Part shown: positions 36,615 to 45,467 of the stretch, piece by piece
Layout: each line of letters starts with the position of its first letter
Numbering within the stretch: position 1 is the stretch's first letter
NCBI GenBank assembly: GCA_051003195.1
Contig: JBPCLP010000039.1
Coordinates: forward strand, 1-64,000
Origin: Candidatus Sumerlaeaceae bacterium
GTDB taxonomy: Bacteria > Sumerlaeota > Sumerlaeia > Sumerlaeales > Sumerlaeaceae
Direction: 5' to 3'
DNA length: 64,000 nucleotides
Notes under the pieces: model-generated
The model's database searches: none
The model's input: only the letters and a program-made list of their open reading frames with translations
What the model was told of the DNA's origin: nothing
Made by a program: the position numbers and the translations under genes

Positions 36615-38048
36615 TTAAGGTCGCGTGGATAAAGGCGCAGTTGTACCAGTGTCAGCACTGGAGTGGTCTGGTTTCAGCTCAGCCTCGACCCGTCGGGCCG
36701 CCTGACGCAGTTTCTGGCGCATTTCTGATGCCTTAAGCGCCGCACGTCCACGGAAGTCGTGCTTTTCCTGCTCCGAAGCATGCCGTACCGCCTTCTGCAG
36801 AAGCTGGAGCTTTTTGGGGCTGGTCGTTTCCGATTCGGAAAGCTGCGCGTAAACAACCGCAAGGTTGCTGTCTACTTCCGCATAGTGCGGAGAGATTTCC
36901 TTAAGATTCAGGTACGATTGCAATGCGCCGGGGATGTCGTTGAACTGCTGCTGCAGGAAAGCCATTTTGTAATACGCACTGGGCAGATAACCCTGCTCCC
37001 TCGGATCCAGTTTAATTTTGCCGGCTTTAACGCGCGCGATAAATTCCGGGAAAATCTTAAGAGCATCCGTGGCAGTCGTTTCGATAGCGCGCATGCCACG
37101 TTCGAACATTGGGAACGGCGAGTCGGGGTAGCGTTTCTCAACCTCGGCAATAATATTTTCATCGTCCTGCATGGTTTTATAGGAAGCAGTTTGGAGATAC
37201 AGGGCAGCCGGTCCCTGGTCTCCCAATACCGGGGTTCGCAACGCCTTGAAGTAGGCGTACATCTTACGAGCTTCGGTCGTGGCGAGGTCATGCAGACCCA
37301 CCGGCATCAGAGCACGAAGGTAGGCCGGCCAGTTTTCGTACCGGAGCGGCTCCAACGCGACGGCTTTTGAGAAGTTAGCGACCGTGCGCTTATCCTGGTC
37401 TGTCGTGTCACTATAACTCCACGCCCGGGCCGACATACGCCGCGAGATCACACCGGCGAAAAAAAAGTCCACAGACTTGCGCGTCTGCTCAGCTTTCTGT
37501 TCGTATTTCGCAACTGCAGCAGTTGGGTCTTCATCTGCCCATCCGTGAGCCACCATTTCCGCGAGCACGCGCGCCACGTCGGGTGCCTGGAATACCTCCG
37601 GATCCGCTGCAATCGCCTGCTTCAGGTAAGCGGTGGCGGTTGTGCCAAACTGCCAGCCTGTGTTGGGGTAGTCGATTGCCTGGGAGCCATAGCTGAGGCC
37701 AAGCCACATAAGCACACGAGCACGCTCACGGGTATCGGTGAGCTTCGTCGACTGCGGAAGCAGCTCCGCCACAGCGCTGGTGTAGTTTTCCTCCGCGATG
37801 CGGCGAACCGCAGAGTCGAGGCTTACCGGCACCTCTGTGTAAAAGCCCGGTATAAAAGATACGGTAAGCGGTGAAGCCGTAGTGAGAAAATCGCCAAGTG
37901 TGCGCTGCAGCAGCTGGTCTTTTCCAGGCACAGCCTCTGATCGCGAGGGCGATGGCGCTGCTCCTGCCAGCGACTCCGTCGTGGCCGCCGAAGCGATAGA
38001 CAGCCCATAGGTCCAGCCAATGAGAATAACAGAATAGAAAGAACGCAA
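36615..38048 (-). CDS. Secreted TPR-repeat protein
   Basis: Signal peptide; helical TPR-like units (YLKQAIAADP, FSKAVALEP, AYYKMA, SNLAVVYAQL). Confidence 0.7.
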   Translation of the reverse strand: MRSFYSVILIGWTYGLSIASAATTESLAGAAPSPSRSEAVPGKDQLLQRTLGDFLTTASPLTVSFIPGFYTEVPVSLDSAVRRIAEENYTSAVAELLPQSTKLTDTRERARVLMWLGLSYGSQAIDYPNTGWQFGTTATAYLKQAIAADPEVFQAPDVARVLAEMVAHGWADEDPTAAVAKYEQKAEQTRKSVDFFFAGVISRRMSARAWSYSDTTDQDKRTVANFSKAVALEPLRYENWPAYLRALMPVGLHDLATTEARKMYAYFKALRTPVLGDQGPAALYLQTASYKTMQDDENIIAEVEKRYPDSPFPMFERGMRAIETTATDALKIFPEFIARVKAGKIKLDPREQGYLPSAYYKMAFLQQQFNDIPGALQSYLNLKEISPHYAEVDSNLAVVYAQLSESETTSPKKLQLLQKAVRHASEQEKHDFRGRAALKASEMRQKLRQAARRVEAELKPDHSSADTGTTAPLSTRP

Positions 38049-38118
38049 AGCGGGATGCCCTTCCCGAAATTAAAGTTCGCGTGCATCCGCCTCGCAAAGG
38101 GCATGTGTCAACAGGACT

Positions 38119-38158
38119 TAAATAAATGGGGCGGAGCTCACAGGCTCCGCCCCGTTTT
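38119..38158 (-). terminator. Rho-independent terminator (possibly bidirectional)
   Basis: GGGGCGGAGC-tcacag-GCTCCGCCCC 10-bp stem with T-rich flanks on both strands; downstream of the DUF11 gene. Confidence 0.85.
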
Positions 38159-38179
38159 CCACCCACTGGTTCGATTCAG

Positions 38180-41100
38180 CTACGGCAGAAGAATCGGCAC
38201 CGTGTTTTCGATTCCGCTACCTGTCGGATTGATCACCGCAATCAGGTATTGCCCGATCGGGTCGGACGTAAGCTTAACGCTGACGGACTTTTTCTTCGTC
38301 TTGCCTGGCTTGATCTTCTTGTAGATCTTCGCGCCCACCAGCGTGTCAGAAGCGTCAAAGACCGAGTCAGTGGACAGGTAGAAGTGAACCGGAGCCGCAA
38401 TGAGCAGTGTCTGCCGCAGGTTCTGAACACTCAGGGTTCCTTTAATCGTCCAGGTTGGCACCAATGAGAGTTTGCTCTTTTTGCGGAGTTTGGTCCATGT
38501 TCCAAGCAGGTCAAACGTTGTGCCTCCGGTGACAGGCACGATGGACGTCGCGCTGTTGTTTCCCGCAACCGAATCATTCACGTTTCCGGTGATGTTCGCC
38601 GTCAATGTCAGCGAGCCTGCTGCAAGCGGTACCAACGCAATCGTCACGTTGGCGCTTGCTCCGGGGCCGAGTACCGGAATCGGTACCGCGAGTGAATTGC
38701 CAATCGGGGTTGCCGATCCCCCCGGCCCTGTGGCCGATACAAACGTGACCGTATTTGGCAACGTAGTGTTCACCAGGATACTTGCCGCAGATTGAGGACC
38801 GTTATTGGTCGCAACCAGGGTCCAGAAGATCGCGTTACCGACCGTCGTGGACGTTGGAGTCACCGAGGAACTCAGTGCGAGATCCGCGTTGGTCGCCGGG
38901 CCGCTGCCACCATTTATGATGGTGGAGATAGTGGCAACGTTGTTGCTCGGCGTCAGGTCCGGGTTATCGGAACTGATGGACGCAGTGTTCACCGCGACTC
39001 CACCGGCGATAGCGTTGGTTGCGATCTGGAATGTTGCCGTACCACCCACCGCCAGGGAGGCGAGTCGATAGGTTACCAGCCCATTCGCGTAGCTGGATTC
39101 GGTTGGCGTGGAGGAGACAAACGCGACCTCCGGCGGCAGCATATCCTGAATCTGAACGTTGGCTGCCACGGCAGGTCCGGCGTTATTCACCTGTAGCGTG
39201 TAGCTCAGAGGGCTACCGACGTTGCCAGGAGATGGATTCGCCGTCTTGGTAATACCAACGTTTGCCACCGTCGCAGGATTCGCGGCAGTAACGGTTATCT
39301 GTTTTGTGGAGCTGTTGTTTGAGGTGTCGGGGTCGGTTGCGAGAGGCACCACTTGCGCGGTATTCGAGATCGTACCCACAGTGGTTGGTATGACTGAAAT
39401 GTTGACCGTCGCCACTCTGCCCGCACCGAGCGTGCCGATGTTGGCGGTGATCACATTGCCGTTCCTCGTCACGTTCCCCTGCGTGTGGAATTCGCCGGTA
39501 TATGACACAGAGGCGGGCAAGGTATCGTTAATTGTAACACCGGTAGCCGTGCTCGGACCCCCGTTCACCACGCGTAGCGAGTAAGTGACCGAAGTGCCCT
39601 GCGTGGCGGTGGTGACAGTCGAGCTCATTACCAGCGAAAGATCCGCGCCGCTGCCGGTACCACCAATAATCTGCACGCTGGCGGTGGCACAGTTGTTAGT
39701 GAAGTCAGGGTCTCCGCCCGCAAAATCCACACACGCGGTATTGGAGGCAGCGGTGGCGCCGACCAATGGCGTCGTAGCGATTACGAAAGTCGCGCGAGCG
39801 CCGGCTGGAATCGCGCCGAGGTTGCCGACTAAAGTGACATTGCCGCTCGGGTTCGATCCGTCATTTACCACACTCCACGACCCTTCCGGAGAGGAAGAGA
39901 CCGAAGCATAGTTAAAGCGAAGGCCTGCCGGCAGAGGATCAGTAACCACAACGCCATTAGCTGTTTCGCTGCTCAGGTTTCGAACCGTAATCGTATATCC
40001 AAGGTATTCGCCGATGATGGCAGGATCAGGATAAGCCGTCTTCGTCAGTCGAAGATCCGCCAGCGTGCGAGCGCCTTCGATAGTAACCTTTGTAAGGACA
40101 TTGATATTATTGCTCTGGTCCACATCCACGGCGGGGTCTCCGTCGATTGTCTCCGGTAGTGCGTTGGAGACGATGTTGTACTGCCCGCCCGTGTCACTTC
40201 GGAACGTGATCCGGAAAGTCTCGGTCTGCCCGGGTGCCAGTTCTGCATAGGTGCCCGTTACATCAGGTGAAGGGAAGGCCGGAGTGCTTAGAATGAAAGC
40301 ACCTGAACCTGTATCCTCAAAGACAAGAGCCACAATCGGGGCGTCTGGATTAACGGAGACCTGCACATTATACGCAGTCTGAATGCCATAATTGGTGACG
40401 GCAAAATCGACGAAGAAATCTGAGGCCGAAGTTGTGCCGGCAAAGATCGGCGCGCCGTCGTTGACGTTCGTTGCCTTTATTTCAACGTCTACGTAGTTAT
40501 CATCAAGAGGCAGGAATGTAGTGCTGTACCACGGCACCGCAGTTTGCGGGCTGTTTTCATCCTGCGCCGGTGCCCTGATGTTTTGCCACATCGCCAGCCA
40601 GCGGCCGGATAGGTTGCTTGCAATGACGGGATTCAGCCAGCGTGGCTGCGAAGTCTGAAAATCAAAATCGATGGACGACGGACTCCCGAAGCTCGCTGCA
40701 TCGTCTGTAGACACGGCTGAAAACACATCGCGCGGGGGATTTCCAGCAACGTCGTTCAGCGCCGCGCTCCAGATTGCCATCCAATCGCCGGCATCGTCCG
40801 TAGCAATCCATGGATCCGCAAACTGAGGGGCGAGGAACAAGACGCCGTTGGTAATCTGGACCGGAGGGGACCAGACCAGCCCGCCGTCGCTCACATTAAA
40901 GTCAGCCTGGCTTGCGCGTGCCGTATAAACATCGTAGATGCCGCCGCTGCTGCGCGCGCCCCAAACAGCCGCCCATGTATTGTTCGTCGGCGAGTAATCG
41001 ATGCGCGCCACGTAATCGTCTTTTGAATCTGCTCCGGCATCGGTATTGATCGTGCTGAAGGCCCAGTTGACCCCGTCATCGTTACTTGCAGCATACTTTG

Positions 41101-41935
41101 AATCGATATCGCCAGAAGCCTCCTGGTAGGTAACCACCCACAAAGGCCCGATATCCACTTCGTCACCCGGGTTGCACCGCACCTGCGGCCTGGCCACTCC
41201 GGTTCCCGGTATCCGCTGTCTTAACTGCCAGTTTGCGCCACTGTCAGACGAGTAGGCGATATTGACTCCCGGGGTGCCGCCGAGGTCGGCGTCAGCAACC
41301 CACGTAACCATGTATTTGCCAAAGCCATCAGTCCCGATCGAGGCGTTCCGCGGGTTATTGTTGTTTGCGAATGAGCCGAGCGGCGACGGGACGTCCCATG
41401 TTTGGCCACTGTCGGCAGATACTGTTTTATAAAGCTGAGGCCCCGAGTAAGTGAGCGCCTCGAAAACCACCACGTAATCGCCGATACTGTCTGTTGCGAT
41501 GTCGGGCCGGAAGTTATAGTCGGTTTCGGAATCCGGGACGGGGATGCTGAAAGGCTGTTCCCAGGTTCCACCATCATCGTTGGAGTAGCTGACCATAAGA
41601 TTGCTGTATTGGCCCACAGGCGGCGTGGTGCCGTTATCGTTTGGATTACCAGTGTGATAGACTGCAACCCACGTTTGCGAAGCTGGGGCGTCTGTTGCCA
41701 CGCGGACGTTCTTGGCCGCGATTGGGTCAAGCGGATCGGAATCGACGATTGGCTTAGGCTCCGCCCAGGGGAAAAACGGTACCGTTCCCTTGTCGATAAG
41801 TGTGGCAGCTTCCTTTGCATCAATTCGCGCGGAATAGCTGAGCTGCGGCCAGCCTGCTGCAACTGCCAGCAGTGCCAGCAGCCGAACGGCAAGCTGGCTG
41901 AACTTTAAGCCGTGGCCGAATTGGGAAACGTACAT
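38180..41935 (-). CDS. Large secreted protein: Asp-box (BNR) beta-propeller, DUF11 repeats, CARDB-like C-terminus
   Basis: Asp-boxes SNDDGGTW, SADSGQTW, SSDSGANW, SNDDGVNW, STDDAASF; four to five ADL...Y...V.N.GP..A..V...D.LP...D....NN repeats. Confidence 0.85.
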   Translation of the reverse strand: MYVSQFGHGLKFSQLAVRLLALLAVAAGWPQLSYSARIDAKEAATLIDKGTVPFFPWAEPKPIVDSDPLDPIAAKNVRVATDAPASQTWVAVYHTGNPNDNGTTPPVGQYSNLMVSYSNDDGGTWEQPFSIPVPDSETDYNFRPDIATDSIGDYVVVFEALTYSGPQLYKTVSADSGQTWDVPSPLGSFANNNNPRNASIGTDGFGKYMVTWVADADLGGTPGVNIAYSSDSGANWQLRQRIPGTGVARPQVRCNPGDEVDIGPLWVVTYQEASGDIDSKYAASNDDGVNWAFSTINTDAGADSKDDYVARIDYSPTNNTWAAVWGARSSGGIYDVYTARASQADFNVSDGGLVWSPPVQITNGVLFLAPQFADPWIATDDAGDWMAIWSAALNDVAGNPPRDVFSAVSTDDAASFGSPSSIDFDFQTSQPRWLNPVIASNLSGRWLAMWQNIRAPAQDENSPQTAVPWYSTTFLPLDDNYVDVEIKATNVNDGAPIFAGTTSASDFFVDFAVTNYGIQTAYNVQVSVNPDAPIVALVFEDTGSGAFILSTPAFPSPDVTGTYAELAPGQTETFRITFRSDTGGQYNIVSNALPETIDGDPAVDVDQSNNINVLTKVTIEGARTLADLRLTKTAYPDPAIIGEYLGYTITVRNLSSETANGVVVTDPLPAGLRFNYASVSSSPEGSWSVVNDGSNPSGNVTLVGNLGAIPAGARATFVIATTPLVGATAASNTACVDFAGGDPDFTNNCATASVQIIGGTGSGADLSLVMSSTVTTATQGTSVTYSLRVVNGGPSTATGVTINDTLPASVSYTGEFHTQGNVTRNGNVITANIGTLGAGRVATVNISVIPTTVGTISNTAQVVPLATDPDTSNNSSTKQITVTAANPATVANVGITKTANPSPGNVGSPLSYTLQVNNAGPAVAANVQIQDMLPPEVAFVSSTPTESSYANGLVTYRLASLAVGGTATFQIATNAIAGGVAVNTASISSDNPDLTPSNNVATISTIINGGSGPATNADLALSSSVTPTSTTVGNAIFWTLVATNNGPQSAASILVNTTLPNTVTFVSATGPGGSATPIGNSLAVPIPVLGPGASANVTIALVPLAAGSLTLTANITGNVNDSVAGNNSATSIVPVTGGTTFDLLGTWTKLRKKSKLSLVPTWTIKGTLSVQNLRQTLLIAAPVHFYLSTDSVFDASDTLVGAKIYKKIKPGKTKKKSVSVKLTSDPIGQYLIAVINPTGSGIENTVPILLP

Positions 41936-42571
41936 CTCTACACCCTTTTCACCAGCAATGGATGCACGGAGCCCCCACTGTCTGTTGTGTTAGTTAAATG
42001 CTTCTAGCGAATGAAACTCGACGAACATGACTGGTACTGCACGCTTTTCCCCGTTTCAGAGCGTACACGGCAGCACCATTCGTTCACCGTCCCGGAGTTT
42101 CCACGACAGTGCAAGTGCAATTCATATCACAAAACTTTTAAACATGTGCTCTAGATTTGACGAAATTTGCGCAAAAGCGATGACATGTAACGCATTAAAC
42201 TTTCAGCTGCGGCGCACGTTTCGGCCGGTTCCCTTGGGGGTGAAGACCGGAAAACACACTCTTTTTCGCCTACTTGTTTCAATTTGCTCAGGTTACATGA
42301 ACTCGTATAGGTGAATACTCGAAAGCCACGGCCACCCTTCACCGCTTCCTGGTGAACCGTTATTTTCGAGTGGTTTGACGATAATGGACACCAGCTTAAA
42401 ACCAGAGAGTCGTTGCTCAACAGCGGTCACTAATCGGGTCAACCCCCTGACATGAGCTCTCTATCGTCGGCTAAGATTACCGTTCTGAGGAATCCAGTTG
42501 CAGTTTTTGTTGGAATTGTCATTTAGGAGTGTAAGTCTCTTTGCCCACATGATGATAGCCGGTAGTGCCCC

Positions 42572-43987
42572 ATGCACCTGAAATGTCCGCGATGTCGTAC
42601 CCAGTTTGAGGGAAGTCCCGACGAGACGGGCCACGTGATTTGCTTGAGTTGCAACGCGCGTTTGCGCTTGCGCCCGCGCGATTCCAGCTCGGCCGCTGGC
42701 GCTACCAAGGAAGCACCCGCGAACGGGTCTTCGGCTAAGCCGGCGGACAGCGCAGCGACTAAACCCCCGCCGGACAAATCGAAAGACAAAGACAAAGACA
42801 AAGATAAGGACGTAACGCTGCCGCCGGGCACAAAGCTAGGTGGGTTCGAGATACGGCGAGTGCTCGGACGCGGCGGTATGGCAACAGTGTACAAGGCGGT
42901 GCAGCTGTCGCTGAATCGACCGGTTGCGGTAAAGCTTCTGGCCCCAAGGTTTGCGAGCAATCCAGTTTTCGTTGAGCGGTTTGACCGCGAAGCCGGCGCG
43001 CTCGCCACTTTGAATCACCCGAACATTGTGAACATCATCGATAAAGGTGCGGAAGAGGGCAAGCACTTCTATTTCGTCATGGAGTACGTGGAGGGAATTA
43101 CCCTCGACCAGCTCATGCATGCCGTGGACCTCACCGAGCGTCATTACACGCACCTGATTACCGAGATCAGTAAGGCTCTGACTTATGTGCACGGGCGGGG
43201 GATTATCCACCGCGACATCAAGCCGAGCAATATCCTGGTGGACAAGCCAGGTAACGTGAAGGTCTCCGACTTCGGCATTGCGCACATCGCCGAAGGTGAC
43301 GCACCCGCAGAACGTTTCGGGCGAAACGCCACCGTGGGAACAACGAACTACATGGCCCCGGAACAGGCGGCCAATCCAGGCGCGGTTGATGTCCGCGCGG
43401 ACATTTACTCGCTTGGCGTCACGTTTTACAAAATGTTTACCAGGCAGCTTCCCGTGGGTGAGTGGAAACCGCCGACCCTGCTCAACCCCAACCTTCCACG
43501 CACAGTCGACACCGTCCTTGCACGTGCGGTTCAGCCGGATCCTGCCGATCGCTACTCGACGGTGAAGGAGTTTTGTGACGACCTCGTGGCTCTGTTTGCG
43601 GCGGCCGGATCGAACTCGGCTTCGGGAGTGGATGTTGTCGCCGCGCTGGCGCCCGGCGGCGTCGGCGCTTTTTCGTTCGGGTCGACTCTTAGCCCATCGC
43701 AGTCCGGCACCGCATACGCCATTCAGGATTCCACCGACGCGTCCGCCACTGGCTCCGGCTTTCGCACAGGCGGGTCGCTGAGCGAATCCAGCTTCAATTC
43801 ACCTACCATGGGCAACACGAGTATGCTGCGCGGAATTATGGGAGCACCCCCTCCGAACGCGCCGCCTCCGATTGAAGAAGAGGAACCGCCGAGCAAAAAG
43901 AAGATGTACCTGTGGATTGCCGCCGCTGCGGTGACTGTCATTGGCCTGGTCGCATTCGGCCTGGTCTGGTATCTGTATTTTAGCTGA
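42572..43987 (+). CDS. Hanks-type Ser/Thr protein kinase with N-terminal Zn ribbon and C-terminal TM anchor
   Basis: CPRC/CLSC; GRGGMATVY, VAVK, HRDIKPSN, DFG, YMAPE, DIYSLG; terminal hydrophobic helix. Confidence 0.95.
   Translation: MHLKCPRCRTQFEGSPDETGHVICLSCNARLRLRPRDSSSAAGATKEAPANGSSAKPADSAATKPPPDKSKDKDKDKDKDVTLPPGTKLGGFEIRRVLGRGGMATVYKAVQLSLNRPVAVKLLAPRFASNPVFVERFDREAGALATLNHPNIVNIIDKGAEEGKHFYFVMEYVEGITLDQLMHAVDLTERHYTHLITEISKALTYVHGRGIIHRDIKPSNILVDKPGNVKVSDFGIAHIAEGDAPAERFGRNATVGTTNYMAPEQAANPGAVDVRADIYSLGVTFYKMFTRQLPVGEWKPPTLLNPNLPRTVDTVLARAVQPDPADRYSTVKEFCDDLVALFAAAGSNSASGVDVVAALAPGGVGAFSFGSTLSPSQSGTAYAIQDSTDASATGSGFRTGGSLSESSFNSPTMGNTSMLRGIMGAPPPNAPPPIEEEEPPSKKKMYLWIAAAAVTVIGLVAFGLVWYLYFS
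42782..42811 (+). repeat. In-frame hexamer repeat (AAAGAC)n encoding a (KD)5 linker
   Basis: AAAGAC x3, then AAAGAT and AAGGAC. Confidence 0.7.
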
Positions 43988-43994
43988 CCACCAG

Positions 43995-44082
43995 TTCAGA
44001 AGTTCCTGTCCAGTTTGAGCGCGGAAGATGTGCTCAGTTCGGCACACAAAACCGAATACGAATTAACGGTAGACCACACCAG
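43995..44082 (+). repeat. Intergenic repeat, copy 3
   Basis: 44033-44081 is 43/49 identical (ungapped) to 58189-58237; upstream TTCAGAAGTTCCTGTCCAG resembles copy 2. Confidence 0.8.
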
Positions 44083-44093
44083 CCAACCCACCG

Positions 44094-45263
44094 TTAAGTA
44101 GGGCCCTGCGGCAACGCTTCGCTGCTTTCGGCCGGCTTCGGGGTGGCTGCGGGTTCTGGCGCAGGCATGATCGATTCCAGCCAGATGCGAATGCCGCTAA
44201 TATCCAGCGACACAACAACCGGTGTGCCACGCGTGCGGACATCCTGCTTTATTTCAAAGGGGCTGCCTTCACGTTTCCCCGCAAACTGCGGAAGTATCAG
44301 CTTGGCGCCCGCCGCAAATTTCGCCGAGTGGTCCGCCTGCCGGAAGTAAAAAGTGATCTCAACCTTCGCACGATCCGCCGATACAAGGTCACCTGAAAAC
44401 TTGAGGGCCTGCACGTCGTCATAGCTCATCTTGTTGGACGCCAGGGCTTCCTGCAGCTTTGCACCCAGGCCTGGTGTCTGCATCGCGTTTTCGGTTAGTT
44501 TGATCAGGTTCTCCAGCCTGCCCGGCTGGTTTATGATCATGAGGGCGATGTCTTCAGCCGCGGGAGGCTTGTCGAGAGTCAGCTCTTCCAACCGCTCCTG
44601 CAGCTTCTCTTCGGGCTCAACGTCCCGTGCCGGATCGCTCCTGTAGTCGAGTGACCGATTCAGCATCGGGAGGTCGTCGCTATACACAAACTCGCTCTGC
44701 GATACCGCCATTACCGATGTTGATGTTTCTGAGGTAACTTTGCCCAGCGGGTATATGTCGCTGTCGCCTTTGTGATCCTGGGGCTGCGCATAATGGGACG
44801 TCAGGAATTTCCGCAGCAACACAAACGACAGCTTGTTTCGCAGTGGCACCACGGTAAGCAGTGATTCCTGGCGGGCATCGGGATTATACGCCAGGTAAAC
44901 CGGGCAGTCGGTCTGTACGAGGCTGGTGATGAATTGCCTGAGCACTTTCAAAAAGCCGGACATGAGCTTTGCATCACCCTCGGAGAGGCCTTCAAGCTGC
45001 GCCCGCTCCGCCCGCTTGAAAAGGAATTTCAGCAGTTCACTCTCGCCCTGGTCATTCGAACGGATTCGAATCACACCAAATCCATTAACCGAGGAGTCGA
45101 ACATGGCATTTTTAGGGTAAGTCGGTGCCGGGCGTAAAATGCCGTACAGCATCACAGTGCCCACGATGACCAGCAGGAAGAGAACTGCGACGCAGCCGCA
45201 GGTGCAGCCCCAGCGGCGGCGCTTGCGAGTAGATTCATGGGCAGGAAAAGCATCGGCGCTCAT
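44094..45263 (-). CDS. Membrane-anchored hypothetical protein
   Basis: ATG at 45263 (MSADAF); RKRRRWGCTCGC followed by a TM helix, then an alpha/beta periplasmic region. Confidence 0.7.
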   Translation of the reverse strand: MSADAFPAHESTRKRRRWGCTCGCVAVLFLLVIVGTVMLYGILRPAPTYPKNAMFDSSVNGFGVIRIRSNDQGESELLKFLFKRAERAQLEGLSEGDAKLMSGFLKVLRQFITSLVQTDCPVYLAYNPDARQESLLTVVPLRNKLSFVLLRKFLTSHYAQPQDHKGDSDIYPLGKVTSETSTSVMAVSQSEFVYSDDLPMLNRSLDYRSDPARDVEPEEKLQERLEELTLDKPPAAEDIALMIINQPGRLENLIKLTENAMQTPGLGAKLQEALASNKMSYDDVQALKFSGDLVSADRAKVEITFYFRQADHSAKFAAGAKLILPQFAGKREGSPFEIKQDVRTRGTPVVVSLDISGIRIWLESIMPAPEPAATPKPAESSEALPQGPT

Positions 45264-45467
45264 GGTAGGCGGGATACTCAAAGCCGCCAGTTGCCAGTAA
45301 AGAGGAAACGGCACGCAGAAGCAATTAGAATGAAAACGATGAATTCCCGATCGATGAGAGCCGATTACTAATGATTGCAGGTTCGCGATGGTTGTTCCGG
45401 CCTGCGAAAGATGCCTCTTAAGCAAGTGCCGGATCTAAACGCCAGCGAACAAAGACCCTGGAGTGTA

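Noticed and set aside
38180..41935. Sialidase call for the Asp-box protein
   Set aside because: Asp-boxes are present, but no RIP motif or arginine triad was recognisable; left as a BNR propeller.
42027..42420. Short ORFs (95 aa +, 89 aa -) in the long intergenic region
   Set aside because: No RBS or motif, AT-richer promoter-like composition; treated as non-coding.
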